Source: Paraspadella gotoi
Taxonomy: Eukaryota; Animalia; Chaetognatha
NCBI GenBank assembly: GCA_051294375.1
Contig: CM119266.1
Location: forward strand, 644,240-708,239
Reading direction: 5' to 3'
Length of the DNA stretch: 64,000 nucleotides
Below, piece after piece: positions 12,416 through 24,960 of this stretch (within the stretch, counting starts at the first letter, position 1; every line of letters begins with the position of its first letter). The position numbers and the translations under genes are program-made. The notes below the pieces were generated by a model. It did not search any database. It was not told where the DNA came from and saw only the letters and a list, made by a program, of their open reading frames with translations.

Positions 12416-14168
12416 AGTGAAGATTTGCCATTATAGAGAGAGCAATATATAAGCCCTACATAATTAGAGAGAGCGATGATTTGTGTCATGACTTTTTTCG
12501 GTCGAATCACTCGAGGGCGTGGTTGGATCGTGTTTATGAGCGTAATGTAAGGGAGGTGTGGAGTGGTGTGGTTTAGCGGCCGTGGGTGGGCACTAAGGCC
12601 CACTGAGGCAGGAGAGGGTATCTTTTCGCGCTCGTCCTCCAATTCCTCACCCTCGATCCCCAACATTTTTTCACGCTGATAACTTTACCACTCGGAAAGA
12701 ACGGTTTAGGTATTGTGGTTTCCATTCGTGAGAAAGGTCAATAGAATAAGGAAGGTGAGGTCAAAGAAGATGGAAAGATGAAATCGGTGAGTTCTCGATG
12801 AAACATATTGTTCTGAGCATAAAACGAGCTTTCATGTCATCTTAGGTTTTTTAATTTTGGAGGATAAATAAAAACACGGGGTCGGAAGGCGTGATCATCC
12901 TTTCTGAGAAAGTGGGATCGTATATAACAAGGAGAAAAGGATTAAAAAGTAAAAAAGATTGAAAAAAAAAAGAGGCTCTTGAAGAGAGAAATTTCCATTG
13001 AGGCAGAAATTAGACAAGATTTTGAAATGAAGATTTGTTTATTCTTTTTTGGTTTCCTTTTTCTTTGTTCGCTTTTTTGGTTTCAATTCTTTTTATTTGC
13101 TTTGTCTTATTTTTGTTCTTCGGAGGAACTTTCTTCAGGCTTCTGTTCTCTCATTTTCTATGGTTTTTTTTCCCGACACAGTTAATACTTTATCTTTTTC
13201 CTCTATATTTTTTTTCCCTTAATAAAAAAAAATAATACCCACCAACCGGCCTGGCTCTTTCTCTGTCTTACCGCTTCTCATTCTAACCTTTTTTTCATCC
13301 AAGNNNNNNNNNNNNNNNNNNNNNNNNNGGAGGGCTGTGGGGCGTGAGAATGCGGAGTGAAGATTGATTATAGAGCATATTAAGCTGACATATTAGAGGA
13401 GCGAGATTTGTGTCACTGACTTTTTTCGGTCGAATCACTCGAGGGCGTGGTTTGGATCGTGTTTATGAGCGTAATGTAAGGGGTGTGGGAGTGGTGTGGT
13501 GTTAGCGGCCGTGGGTGGGCACTGGCCCACTGAGGCAGGAGGGTATCTTTCGCAGCTCGTACCCTCAATTCCTCACCCTCGATCTCCAACTTTTTTTCAC
13601 GCTGAAACTTTAACCCGGAAAGAAGCGGTTTAGGTATTGTGGTTTTCATTCGTGAGGAAAGGTCATTAGAATAAGGAAGGTGAGGTCAAAGAAGATTGAA
13701 AGATGAATCGGTGGAGTTTCTGCGATGAAAACGATATTGTTTTGAGCATAAAACGAGCTTTTCATGTCATTTAGGTTTTAATTTTGGAGGATTGAAATAA
13801 AAAACACGGTCGGAAGGCGTGATCCTTTCTGAGAAAGTGGGATCGTTTAAATAACAAGGAGAAAAGGATTAAAAAGTAAAAAAGATTGAAAAAAAAAACG
13901 AGGCTCTTGAAGACGAGAAATTTTCCATTGAGGCAGAAATTAGAACAAGATTTGAAATGAAAGATTGTTTATTCTTTTTTTGGTTTCCTTTTCTTATGTT
14001 CCTTTTTGGGTTTCATCATTCTTTTTATTTGCTTTTTTTGTTCTTCGGGGACTTTCTTCAGTTCTGTCTTCATCAGTTTTTTTTGCACGTTATACTTTAT
14101 CTTTCCCTATATTTTTTTCCTTTAACGCTCTGCCTCTTCTTACCCTTCTTCCCACCCTTTTCATCCAG
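12395..14168 (+). repeat. ~850-bp direct duplication flanking the 25-N gap 13304-13328
   Basis: 12395-13303 and 13329-14168 are colinear (e.g. CGGTCGAATCACTCGAGGGCGTGG, GAGGCAGAAATTAGA in both) and differ mainly by indels. Confidence 0.92.
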
Positions 14169-14169
14169 T

Positions 14170-14253
<84 letters not shown>

Positions 14254-14605
14254 TCCTTTTTGTGTCCCTACTATCCGTCTCCTCTCTTCCTCTCTCTCTC
14301 TGCTCTCCTTTCTTCTCCTTCTTCTCCTACCTCCTTTCCTTTCCTTTCCTTCCCTTTCCTTCCTTTCCTTTCCTTTCCTTTCCTCCTTTCCTCTTCTGTT
14401 CCTTTATTTTCCTTCATTTCTCCTCTCCTTCCACTCTTCTCCTCTCCTCTCCTCTCCTCTTCTTTTCTTTTCTTTCTTTTCCTTTTCCCTTCCTCTCCTT
14501 TCCTTTCCTCTCCTCTCTCTCCACTTCTGTGCAGTCGTATATTTCGGGTGATTTATAATCTGTTTCTAGATCACATCTTTCGCTTCCTCCGGTGACCAGG
14601 AAAGA

Positions 14606-14732
<127 letters not shown>

Positions 14733-15021
14733 GGACAGAATGATAGAGACAGTTTTCGCGAGAAAGACGAGACTAAACGCAAAAGAAAGAAAAAAAGAAA
14801 GGAAAGGAGGAAAACAATCGAGAGGCGCCAACTTAGTACTTCCTTTCTTTATTTCCTTTTTCTTTTCTCCTAAAATATGTCCTCTCTTCGTTTATATTTT
14901 TTCTTTTCCGCTAAAATCGCAACTATCTTCCTTTAGTTTCCTACTTCTCTCATGAAATAAGTCTTCCCATTTTTGTCTCCCACAAATCGACTTTTTTAAA
15001 AATATTCTCCGCGACCACGCG

Positions 15022-15150
15022 TCTAAACCACAATCCCCAATCGCTCCCCTCAAACCACTCCACATCTAAACCACAATCCCCAATCACTCCCCTCAAACCA
15101 CTCTGCATCTAAACCACGATCCCCGATCGCTCCACTCAAACCACTCCACT
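15022..15150. repeat. ~43-bp tandem repeat x3 (TCTAAACCACAATCCCCAATCGCTCCCCTCAAACCACTCCACA)
   Basis: Direct reading. Confidence 0.9.
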
Positions 15151-15851
15151 CAACCACCACTACCCCGACGGCACCACTGGATCGCTCCCTTTTAAAAATG
15201 ACCGTCGAATGCGTTGGGCGGCGGTTATGAGCGTTGACTTGATAAATGGCCGGACGCGGGGTTGAGGAACTGAAGGGTGGGTGGGCGCGGCAGGGATGCG
15301 TGGGGGTTGGTTAGGCTAGTTGGGGCCGTCGGGATCGATTGGACTGATTGGGCCGGTTATGGTGCGGTTGTGGCGGTTTGGGGGGGGGGCAGTTTGCCCA
15401 AATGGTTTAGTTGCAGTCAAGATTGGCGCTACGCGAATCAGGAATAATATCGGTTGTCAAAGTCTTACTATAATTCAGATATTGCCTCCGTTTACGTATA
15501 ATTTTTAAATGCCCAAATCGTGCCTTCCGCAATAAGAAAGTGTCTACTCTTCTCTGGGATGAAAACTTCTTCGAATGACTCGAAAGAGCTCGAAACTTAC
15601 CCAACGAAGGCGAAACCGACGAACTCACCCGAAGAAAAATGCATTCGCTCGAGATAATAACTGGGATTTATTATTTTTCTCTTCTGTTTCTTCTTCACGA
15701 TTTTCTTTTCGTCTTAATGCGAAATTCGATCCGATTAAACAAATTGCTAACTCTCAACATCTCTCTTTCTCTTCACTTCTGTTCTTCTCTATTTTCTTTT
15801 TTTCGCTCACCTCTTCTCCTCTCTTTTTTTCTCTTCCTCGTTGTAATTCGT

Positions 15852-17953
15852 TTTCTCTCCTCCTTTCCCTTTCTCTCATCCTCCTTTCCTTAATCNNNNN
15901 NNNNNNNNNNNNNNNNNNNNCTCTCCCTCTCCTCCTTCCTTTCTCTCATCCTCTTTCCTTAATCTCTCCCCTTCGTCCTCCTTTCCTCTTCTCTCATCCT
16001 CCTTTCCTTAATTCTCTCCCTTCTCCTCCTTTCCCTTTCTCTCATCCTCCTTTCCTTAATCTCTCCATTCTCCTCCTTTCCCTTTCTCTCATCCTCCTTT
16101 CCTTAATCCTCCATCCTCTCCTCCTTTCCCTTTCTCTCATTCCTCCTTTCTTAATTCTCTCCTTCCCTCCTTTCCCTTCTTCTCATCCTCCTTTCCTTAA
16201 TCCTCTCCTTCTCCCCTTCTTCCTTTCTCTCATCCCCTTTCCTTAATTCTCTCCCTTCTCCTCCTTTCCCTTTCTCTCATCCTCCTTTCCTTAATTCCTC
16301 CCTTTCTCCTCCTTTCCCTTCTCTCATCCTCCTTTCCTTAATTCTCTCCCTTCTCCTCCTTTCCCTTTCTTCATTCCTCCTTTCCTTAATTCTCCTCGCC
16401 TTCTTCTCCTTTTCCCTTTCTCTCCTCCTCCTTCCTTAATTCTCTTTTCCTCCCTTTCCTTTCTCCTTTCCTTCTCTCATCCTCCTTTCCTAATCTCTCC
16501 CTTCTCCTCCTTTCCTCTTGTTCCTTCATCCTCCTTTCCTTAATTCTCTTTCTCTTCTCCTCCTTTCCTTTCTTCATCCTCCTTTCCTTAATCCTCTCCC
16601 TTCTCCTCCTTCTCCTTTCTCTCATCCTCCTTTCCTTAATCTCTCCCTTCTCTCCTTTCCCTTTCTCTCATCCTCCTTTCCTTATATTCTCTTCTCTTCT
16701 CCTTCTTTCCTTTCTCTCATCCTCCTTTCCTTAATTCTCTCCCTTCTCTCCTTTCCCTTTCTCTCATCCTCCTTTCCTTAATTCTCTCCCTTCTCCTCCT
16801 TTCCCTTCTCTCATCTCCTTTCCTTAATTCTCTCCCTTCTCCTCCTTTCCCTTTCTTCTCATCCCTCCTTTCCTTTAATTCTCCTCCTTCTCCTCCTTTC
16901 CCTTTCTCTCATTCCTCCTTTCCTTACATTCTCTCCCTTCTCCTCCTTTCCCTTTCTCTCATCTCTCTATTCCTTAATTATCTCTCTCTCTCTCCTCCTT
17001 TTCCCTTTCTCTCATCCTCCTTTCCTTAATTCCTCTCCCTTTCTCCTCCTTTCCCTTTCTCTCATCCTCCTTTCCTTAATTCTCTCCCTTCTCCTCCTTT
17101 CCCTTTCTCTCATCCTCCTTTCCTTAATTCTCTCCCTTCTCCTCCTTTTCCCTTTCTCTCATCCTCCTTTCCTTAATTCTTTCCTTCTCCTCCTTTCCCT
17201 TTCTCTCATCCTCCTTTCCTTAATCCTCTCCCTCTCCTCCTTTCCTTTCTCTCATCCTCCTTTCCTTAATCTCTCCCTCTCCTCCTTTCCCTTTCTTCTC
17301 TCCTTTCCTTAATCTCTCCCTTTCTCCTTCCTCTTATCTCTCATCCTCCTTTCCTTCAATTCTCTCCCTTCTCTCCCTTTCCCTTTCTCTCATCCTCCTT
17401 TTCCTTAATCTCTCCTTCTCCTCCTTTCCTTTCTCTCATCCTCCTTTCCTTAATTCTCTCCCTTCTCCTCCTTTCCCTTTCTCTCATCCTCCTTTCCTTA
17501 ATCTCTCCCTTCTCTCCTTTCCCTTTCTCTCATCTCCTTCTCATTCTCCCTTCTCCTCCTTTCCCTTTCTCTCATCTCCTTCCTTAATTCTCTCCCTTCT
17601 CCTCCTTTCCCTTTCTCTCATCCTCTTCCTTAATTCTCTCCTTCTCCTCCTTTTCCCTTTCTCTCATCCTCCTTTCCTTATCTCTCCCTTCTCCTCCTTT
17701 CCCTTTCTCTCATCCTCATTTCCTTAATTCTCTCCCTTCTCCTCCTTTCCCTTTCTCTCATCCTCCTTTCCTTAATCTCTCTCCTTCTCCTCCTTTCCTT
17801 TCTCTCATCCGTCCTTTCCTTAATTCTCTCCCTTCTGCCTCCTTTCCCTTTCTCCTATCCTCCTTTCCTTAATTCTCTCCCTTTCTCTCCTTTCCTTTCT
17901 CTCATCCTCCTTTCCTTAATTCTCTCCCTTCTCCTCCTTTCCCTTTCTCTCAT
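15852..17953. repeat. 48-bp polypyrimidine satellite, ~40+ copies
   Basis: Unit TTCTCTCCCTTCTCCTCCTTTCCCTTTCTCTCATCCTCCTTTCCTTAA (TTAAT at 17076 and 17124). An isolated monomer lies at ~21781-21825. Confidence 0.95.
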
Positions 17954-18451
17954 CTAGTAGTAAGGAAAAGTGCCAAAACAGACAATTTTCGATTTTTTCG
18001 GAGAAAAATTTTTAAGAGAGTTTGAGCTCCGAGTTAGAGAAAAACTTTTTTTTCGAGTTTTTAAAAGTTTTAGGTTCATCGAGGCTAATCACTGCAGTCT
18101 TATTAGAGGGTTAGAAAGAAAAAGGCAAAGGCATAAGAACTTTCATTTCGTTTTTTTAAAAAAGGTTTTAAAGTAAAAAAACATCGCATCGATCTCAAGT
18201 ACGAACCTTAGTTAAAACAGTTTTGATGAGATTTCCTTGTGGGAGGTCGGCAGATTATTTACTTTCACTTTGATTATAAAACTTTAAAATGGAAGAATTT
18301 TTTTTCAAATGTTACAAAATCTCAAGAGAAAAATTTAATTTACTATTTTCAAATCTACCAGTTGTAATGAAGTAAACAAACACAATACGTGCTTATTAAA
18401 AACTTTTATTTTTACAAAGGAAATTATACAATTAATCTTGAATGAAATTAC

Positions 18452-19741
18452 TTTCACAACGCCTCTTGCAACGTCGCCTAATAACATTTTAATTGGAACA
18501 GTCATTGCGGTCATTTTTTCATTGTCGCTTATTGGTTTTATAGCATCATGGAATTTTGTCATAAACTCGTAAGTTGTGGACCTTTTGTTTTTTATATATT
18601 TCGCCTAGACTTGTTTAATCGTATTTCAGAAAAACGAACGACAGTTAATTTAATACAGAAGACAGCTAATGAATGATTCGAACTAAACGAAGAATTGGAG
18701 ACGAAAGTAAAACAAAGGAATATGTTTGTTTGAGCACTGTTATTACGAAAGAAACATTTTAGGTTGTATGGTGACTATTTAACGATCAGACGCTGTCACT
18801 TCGATTTTAGAGCTCTTCTCTTGAGAGTGAGAAACGTCTTTGTATTTTGTATTTTTGATGCGTAATGTTAGTTTACAGAATTGCTTCTGTTGGTCGTGTG
18901 TAATACGCTAGTAATAAAATGAAAGATGGTTTTAGTTTAAATGAGATGTTTTGTAATTTTTTATGACAAGAGGAAACATTTTATTTTTTTTTAAGCCGAT
19001 GGTCATATTAAACGAAACATTTTGATTTTTTGCCGAGCCGTAAGAAATGTCTTTACTTTCAGTTTAAGTGTCCTTCGGAGTGTGAAAGTAAAATTTGTTT
19101 TTTCTAGTTTTTCTCCTTGGAGGTAACGGTATGTAATTGAATTACTCCTTGGGCGTTGCTAAAACACTAGTAAATAAACGAAAAGAATGTTTTAGTTTAA
19201 AATGAGATTAAATTATTGTATTTAGATAAACATATTTTATTTAACCTGACGGTGTTCAAGATGTCTTCCTGATGAAAATGTGATGCCTCATCTTCTGTAT
19301 GCTCTATGGTCGCTTCGTTGCTGATGCGGTCACCGGCGACATCATTCGCTAGAAAACCACTGCGGGTGAATATCAAATGTTAAGTAGGCAATTTTTTTAT
19401 ATATTAAATATTTGGTTTTACCTCATTGGTTCTGCCAAACCATCCCATTCCAAACTGTCAATCTCCTCGTAATCATCTCTGAACGTTATTCCTGATGCTG
19501 GAGGTCAGGAGTATTGACGTTGTTGTCGGATTCCGGGAGTTTACGGGTATTGACTGGAAATATCGTTAAGTTAGTAGTAGTATCAATAAAAATATGAGAG
19601 GAGAGAGAGAGAGAGAGAGAGACCGTTTACATTAAAGAGTACTTGGGAGGTTGAGGAAGGGAAAATGAAGTCATCGTATGTATTGGCATGTACAACAGCG
19701 TGAAGATATGTCAACGATACACAACCCACTTCAGGTGACAT
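18452..19741 (-). CDS. Candidate multi-exon gene of unknown function (short introns)
   Basis: AG/GT-bounded minus-strand exons: 19741-19631 (MSPEVGCVSLTYLHAVVHANTYDDFIFPSSTSQVLFN); 19553-19422 (..RDDYEEIDSLEWDGLAEPM, one apparent frameshift); a 62-nt intron; 19359-19246 (SGFLANDVAGDRISNEATIEHTEDEASHFHQEDILNTV, phase-compatible with the previous exon); 18604-18452 (51 codons, AKYIKNKRSTTYEFMTKFHDAIKPISDNEKMTAMTVPIKMLLGDVARGVVK). Confidence 0.55.
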
Positions 19742-20004
19742 CTCCTCTCTTTTTCATTTTTCTCACAAATGTATTAAATGTGTGTGAGCATTCGCAGTCA
19801 TATGCTTGTTCCACACTCTTAAACGATCTTCTCCTTTTTCGGATTTGAGTTTTAAATAGGCGTGATTATAATAAACGACACTTGCCTTTGATATTACGCA
19901 AAATACCAAGCATATACAGATGTCTTTTCTTATTCGATCTCTTTTCAAAAAATTAAAAATAACAGGTTATAATGAGTATTCTATGATTGATGCGTATAAT
20001 CAAT

Positions 20005-21300
20005 TTATCTCAAGTCCGGTATGAATGAGAGAAGAGAGTACAGAAAGAGGCGTAAAATAAGAGAAATGTAAAGAGACAGAGGAGAGGGAGAGAGAGAGAG
20101 AGAGAGAATGGATTGATGCAGTTGAATGAGTATAAATGTAGAAAGTAGAGAAGGACGTAGAGCAGTCTGGAGAGGAGAGAGAGAAATGAGGAGAGTTTTC
20201 ACAAGATTGAGTAAAGAATAGTTGGTCAGATGTCCGCGGAGGGCAGAGTGGAAAAGAAGAAGTTTTAATGTGAAATGGTAAAAAATGGGAAGTTTATGCT
20301 GGTGTAGAAAAGAGAGAGAAGAGAAAATATTAGATTTTAGGAGCAAGCCCTTAGTATACCTAAATCCAGGCGAAAAAATTAAGAGTATAGATCTAAATCG
20401 ATTACGATTTGCGCGCATATATAACATAACAGGATAAAGTACGAAATTGGAAGAGATAATAGACGTGAGAACTAAATGAATCGGTGCCATTTCGACGACA
20501 GGGAGATGTTGGCCGAGGGGTTAGAAGGAATTACAGGATTATAAAGTGATAAGATATGGAAATTAAGGGAGAGAATGACGCTTGCTCAATAGCTGAGCTG
20601 CGTGACCCGGCCCAGGCGGTACAAAGACGAGGTGCGGGACCGTGACGATGTGATCGGGTCATTGGCTTGTCAAGTAGACTTGAGATAACTAGTTTTGCTG
20701 TAGACTCTGTAGAGCACGTAGAGTGGGCATTATTTAGGATCAGGAAAGACCCGCCTGGAAAAACTACCAAGTACCACGTTGATGTATATCTTCATGGATG
20801 ATAAGCCTGCCGAAGGCCCTCTTCTGACCTGACTCCGCAGGAGGTGAGGGTTGAGGCGGTTGAGCCTGTTCTGGCCTGTTTTATGGGGAGAGTACAGGGG
20901 AGTACAACTCCTCTCTCTCCTTGGTCCTGATATATATAAGGCATGCGTGTAAGAGAGTCTATGAATATTGGAGTTAGAGACGACGTTTGCAGTTCGAGTG
21001 AAGTGTCGCCGATCCAAAGTTGCTAGCAAGGGTCGGGAGCATCGGAAGCGGACTCCATTGGACTGTACTGATGAGGTCTCCGCCTGAAACGCCAGTTGAG
21101 TGGGGACAGGGAGAATTATTCGTGCGGTTAGGTGCGGATGGGTCGTAGTCCACCGCCAGATTATTTGATTAGGGATCAAGCTTGGAGATGAGTGCAGTCA
21201 ACGCTAAAATAATGTGAGGAATAGACATGAGAACATGCAGGAAAGAGTAGCTCTTTGAGTGACATGAATGGAGCTCTTGAAACTTGTCTTTGAGATATCG
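20005..21300 (-). mobile_element. Degenerate LINE (CR1/Jockey/L2-like) reverse-transcriptase remnant
   Basis: Ordered, frameshifted minus-strand motifs: QLAF (QFGF-like), ATLD (xxLD), ISGP, TSCGV...IYIN (TSGVPQG...IYIND-like), then GLLLKSN..SF (LGxxxxSxLSF-like). No intact YADD was seen. Confidence 0.5.
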
Positions 21301-22018
21301 GATAAGAAGAGACAAGTCAGGTGAGAATGCAAAGCAAGACTCAATTATTAAGAAAGGAATTTTAAGCTAAATACGCAAACACAAAACATTTAAATCAAAG
21401 TGGACCGGATCATTGCTTGAAATTCGCCAAGTCCATTTCGTTGCTTCGCCTCATTTCTCCACAATCGCATTTTTATTTTCCGTAAACCGGCGAATTTTCG
21501 GAAGGCTATAAATTCGTCGAGGCGTTCGATCACGCGCTGATCCCTCTTCGGCCTTTCTTGATTGGAAAAAGAAAGGAGAAGCTTTTCAGCCTCTCATTGC
21601 GTCTCCATTCTCTCTGTTCGTTCGCGCCTAAATTCTTAAAACTCGTGGAGTCAATTTTTTCTTTTCGCATCGAACTGCGGATTGAGTTGGACGGACCGAC
21701 TTGCGGCCGTTGTGTCGGGCATTTCCGCCGAGCCCGCGTGTCGATTCAGTCCGTCTGGACCTTCTTTTAGTTTTCTTTTCTTTCCTTAATTCTCTCCATT
21801 CTCCTCCTTTCCCTTTCTCCCTCTCCTCTTTTTTTCTTTTTAATTCTTCGACTGATCATATCCCATTACTAGTTAGTCCCATCTTTCCGTGAGGCGGCGC
21901 TAATAACCATACTTTCATTTGCATATCAGAGCGAAAGACGAAGAAGGGGGGGGGGAGAAGAAATAAAAAAAAAATCTGTCGCTGAAATTAATTAACTTTG
22001 AATTAAATCCACTCCCTT

Positions 22019-22116
22019 CCGTCCGTCCGTCCGTCCGTCCGTCCGTCCGTCCGTCCGTCCGTCCGTCCGTCCGTCCGTCCGTCCGTCCGTCCGTCCGTCC
22101 GTCCGTCCGTCCGTCC
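22019..22116. repeat. (CCGT)n perfect tetranucleotide microsatellite
   Basis: ~24 perfect copies. Confidence 0.97.
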
Positions 22117-22739
22117 GGCCGACACATGTTTCTCTTCTTTTTTGAAAATGTCGCGCACCATGAAAAAAACGTGAAAAAATAAATTACAGTTTAATAATAG
22201 CTTAATGAAAAGACTAGAAAAAACACAGAATAAAATGTGAATATTTATAATATTACAATGTTTTTTAATACGAAAGGAAATATTAATAAGCAAAATAAGG
22301 AGCGAACCCTGAAAAACTCCAGCGATGCATTTATTGCAATCGCATCGTTTCTTTTTTCTTTCTTTCTTTTTTACTTTTTTTCTATCTTTTTTCTTTCTTT
22401 CTTTCTTTCTTTCTTTCTTTTTTTTTTCTTTTTTTTTTGATTAACGATCCAAACAGAAAGAAGAACAGATGTGACCTTGTTTTCTTTCTCGGCGACTGAG
22501 AAGGAGACACGCATCTAGGGAGGGTTGGTAGCTACGCTAGAGACAGAGTTGGAACGAGAGAGAGAGAGTTACCCAGAAAAGGTATCCAGGCTAAAATTGG
22601 TGAAAGAAGCTCCAGTTTTAAAATCTGCTTGAAGATTATTTCGTTTACAACAGTTAACAGTTTATTTAAGAACAACAACGATAATGAAAATAGACTCTTC
22701 TCTCATTATGTATTCTTTTTTGTTTATTTATAAATATAT

Positions 22740-23805
22740 TAATCCTATCCAACTATAATCCTATCCCACTCTAATCCTGTCACACTCTAATCCTATCTCA
22801 CTCTTATCCTATCCCACTATAATCCTATCCAATCTAATCCTATCCCACTCTAATCTATCCACTATAAATCCTATCCTACATCGAATCTTATCCCACTCTA
22901 ATCCTATACCAACTCTAATCCGTATCCCACTCTAATCCTATCCCACTTAATCCTATCCTACTCTAATCCTATCCCAACTTTTATCCTATCTCACTATAAT
23001 CCTATCCCACTCTAATCCTATCTCACTCTTATCCTATCCATATAATCCTATCCCACTCTAATCCCATCCCACTCTAATCCTATCCCACTCTAATCTGCCC
23101 ACTCTATCCTATCCTCTCTAATCCTGTCCACCTCTAATCCTATCCCACTCTAATCCTATCCTCTTTAATCCTATCGACACTCTAATCCAATCCCACTCTA
23201 ATCTATCCCACTCCTAATCCTATCCACTCAATCCTACCCTCTAATCCTATCCCATCTAATCCTATCCACTCTTATCCATCCACTATAATCTATCCCACTA
23301 ATCCTGTCTCACTCTAATCCTATCCACTCTAATCCTGTTCACTCTAATCCTATCCCACTCTATCCTACCTCTCTAATTCTATCACACTCTAATCCTATCC
23401 CACTCTATCTATCCCACTCTAATCCTATTCCACTCAAATCCTATCCCCCTCTAATCCTATCCCACTCTAACTCTATTACCACTCAAATCCTATCCCCTCT
23501 AATCCTATCCCACTCTAATTCCTATCCCACTCTTATCCTATCCCATATATACTTATCCCACTCTAATCCTGTCTCACTCTAATCCTATCCCACTCTAATC
23601 CTGTTCCACTCTAATCCTATCCCACTCTAATCCTATCCCTCTCTAATTCTATCACACTCTAATCCTATCCCACTCTAATCCTATCCCACTCTAATCCTAT
23701 TCCACTCAAATCCTATCCCCTCTAATCCTATCCCACTCTAATCCTATCCCACTCTAATCCTATTCCACTCAAATCCTATCCCCTCTAATCCTATCCCACT
23801 CTATC
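22740..23805. repeat. 16-bp minisatellite (CTAATCCTATCCCACT)n, ~65 copies
   Basis: AATCC recurs at 23661, 23677 and 23693; variant units form higher-order patterns. Confidence 0.95.
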
Positions 23806-23854
23806 CGCGACGGATTTCGGAATTAGACGGAAATGAGGAAAGGATTAGGATTTG

Positions 23855-24005
23855 AGCCGCGAGAGGGAGCGGCGCCTCTAAACCGTGAGTGGGCGTGGCC
23901 GACGCCAGGGGGGCGGGACGGTAGAGGCGCGTCAAAGCGGAAACGGCGCGTCAGGAAAGGAGAGTGGGGGCGGACGCGGAAGCGAATGGGACACGTGTAG
24001 CCGAC
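23855..24005. promoter_or_regulatory. GC-box-rich promoter-like island
   Basis: GGGCGTGGC, GGGGGCGGGA and GGGGGCGGA (Sp/KLF-type), two GGCGCGTCA, CGGAAG and CACGTG within 150 bp. Confidence 0.5.
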
Positions 24006-24521
24006 GAAGATACATAATTAGACAACAAAGTTGAAAAGAGAAGAAATAAAGAGAAAATTGAGAAAGCGAATTAGAGGAAAGGAGGAAAGGAGAGAAGGAG
24101 AGAGGAGGAGAGAGAGAAAGAGATAGTGAGGACTGAGAAAGACAAAGAAAGAGATTGAAAAATATTGATTAAGCAAAAAAAGAAGAAAATAAGAAAGAAA
24201 AAAAATTATCAAAAAAGGAAAGAAAAATAATATTAAAATAAAGGATTTAAAATGTAAAATTAGGAAGAGAGCTAGGATATTAATGTTTTTTTTTCATAAA
24301 CCCGAAATAAAACCGAAAATAGGACAAAAATGGCGCACAAAGAGGGAGAATGTAAAATCGAACCTATCTTCCTTCAGCTCGCTTTCTAATTTCTACCAAC
24401 TTATTCTCTTTTCCCTCTTCCTTCTATTTCTCTCATTTTCTCTCCAATCAACTCTCTCTATTTCCCAACTCACCTTTCGCCCCCCCCTTCCATCTCGTCC
24501 CCCCCTCGTTTTTTTTCTTGG

Positions 24522-24960
24522 ATTGCGCGTGCATGGCCGCGCGCGCAGAGTTTCGCACGCAGAGTTTCGCACGCGGCAGCCATTTCGCGCGGGAAGTTAA
24601 TCTAAACTGGATTGGCTTTCGGGCGGCCGAGACGACGGCGGAAGGCGGTGGCGGGCTGCGGCGGGCGGTGGCGGCGCGACGGTGGCGGATCGGGTGGCGG
24701 GTGTAGCGTGGGCGGAAACAGCGTGGCGTCAAAGACGAGGACGGCGACGTCGCCCGAAAACGTGACGAAGTTGACGGTGACGCTGTCGTCGTCGATTTTC
24801 GACGTTTCCGATTTTCAAACTCAGATGGCGCTGAATGAAAAAAAAAACACAAAACAAAAAACAACACTCCCCCCCCCCAAAAAAAAACAGTAACAATCAG
24901 ATGGCGCAAACGAAACTGTTTGGTTTTGTCGATAGAGCATCGGGGGCGCTGGCGTGAAAG
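24522..24960. promoter_or_regulatory. CpG-island promoter-like region with E2F, CCAAT and YY1-type motifs
   Basis: TTTCGCGC(GGGAA) at 24583-24595, ATTGG at 24611 and two CAGATGGCGC (~24822, ~24898), all in a GC-rich tract. Confidence 0.5.

Noticed and set aside
21060-21110. CTGATGAGG...CCTGAAAC hammerhead-like string
   Set aside because: Stem II is only ~2 bp and there is no stem I partner; it lies antisense within the LINE remnant.
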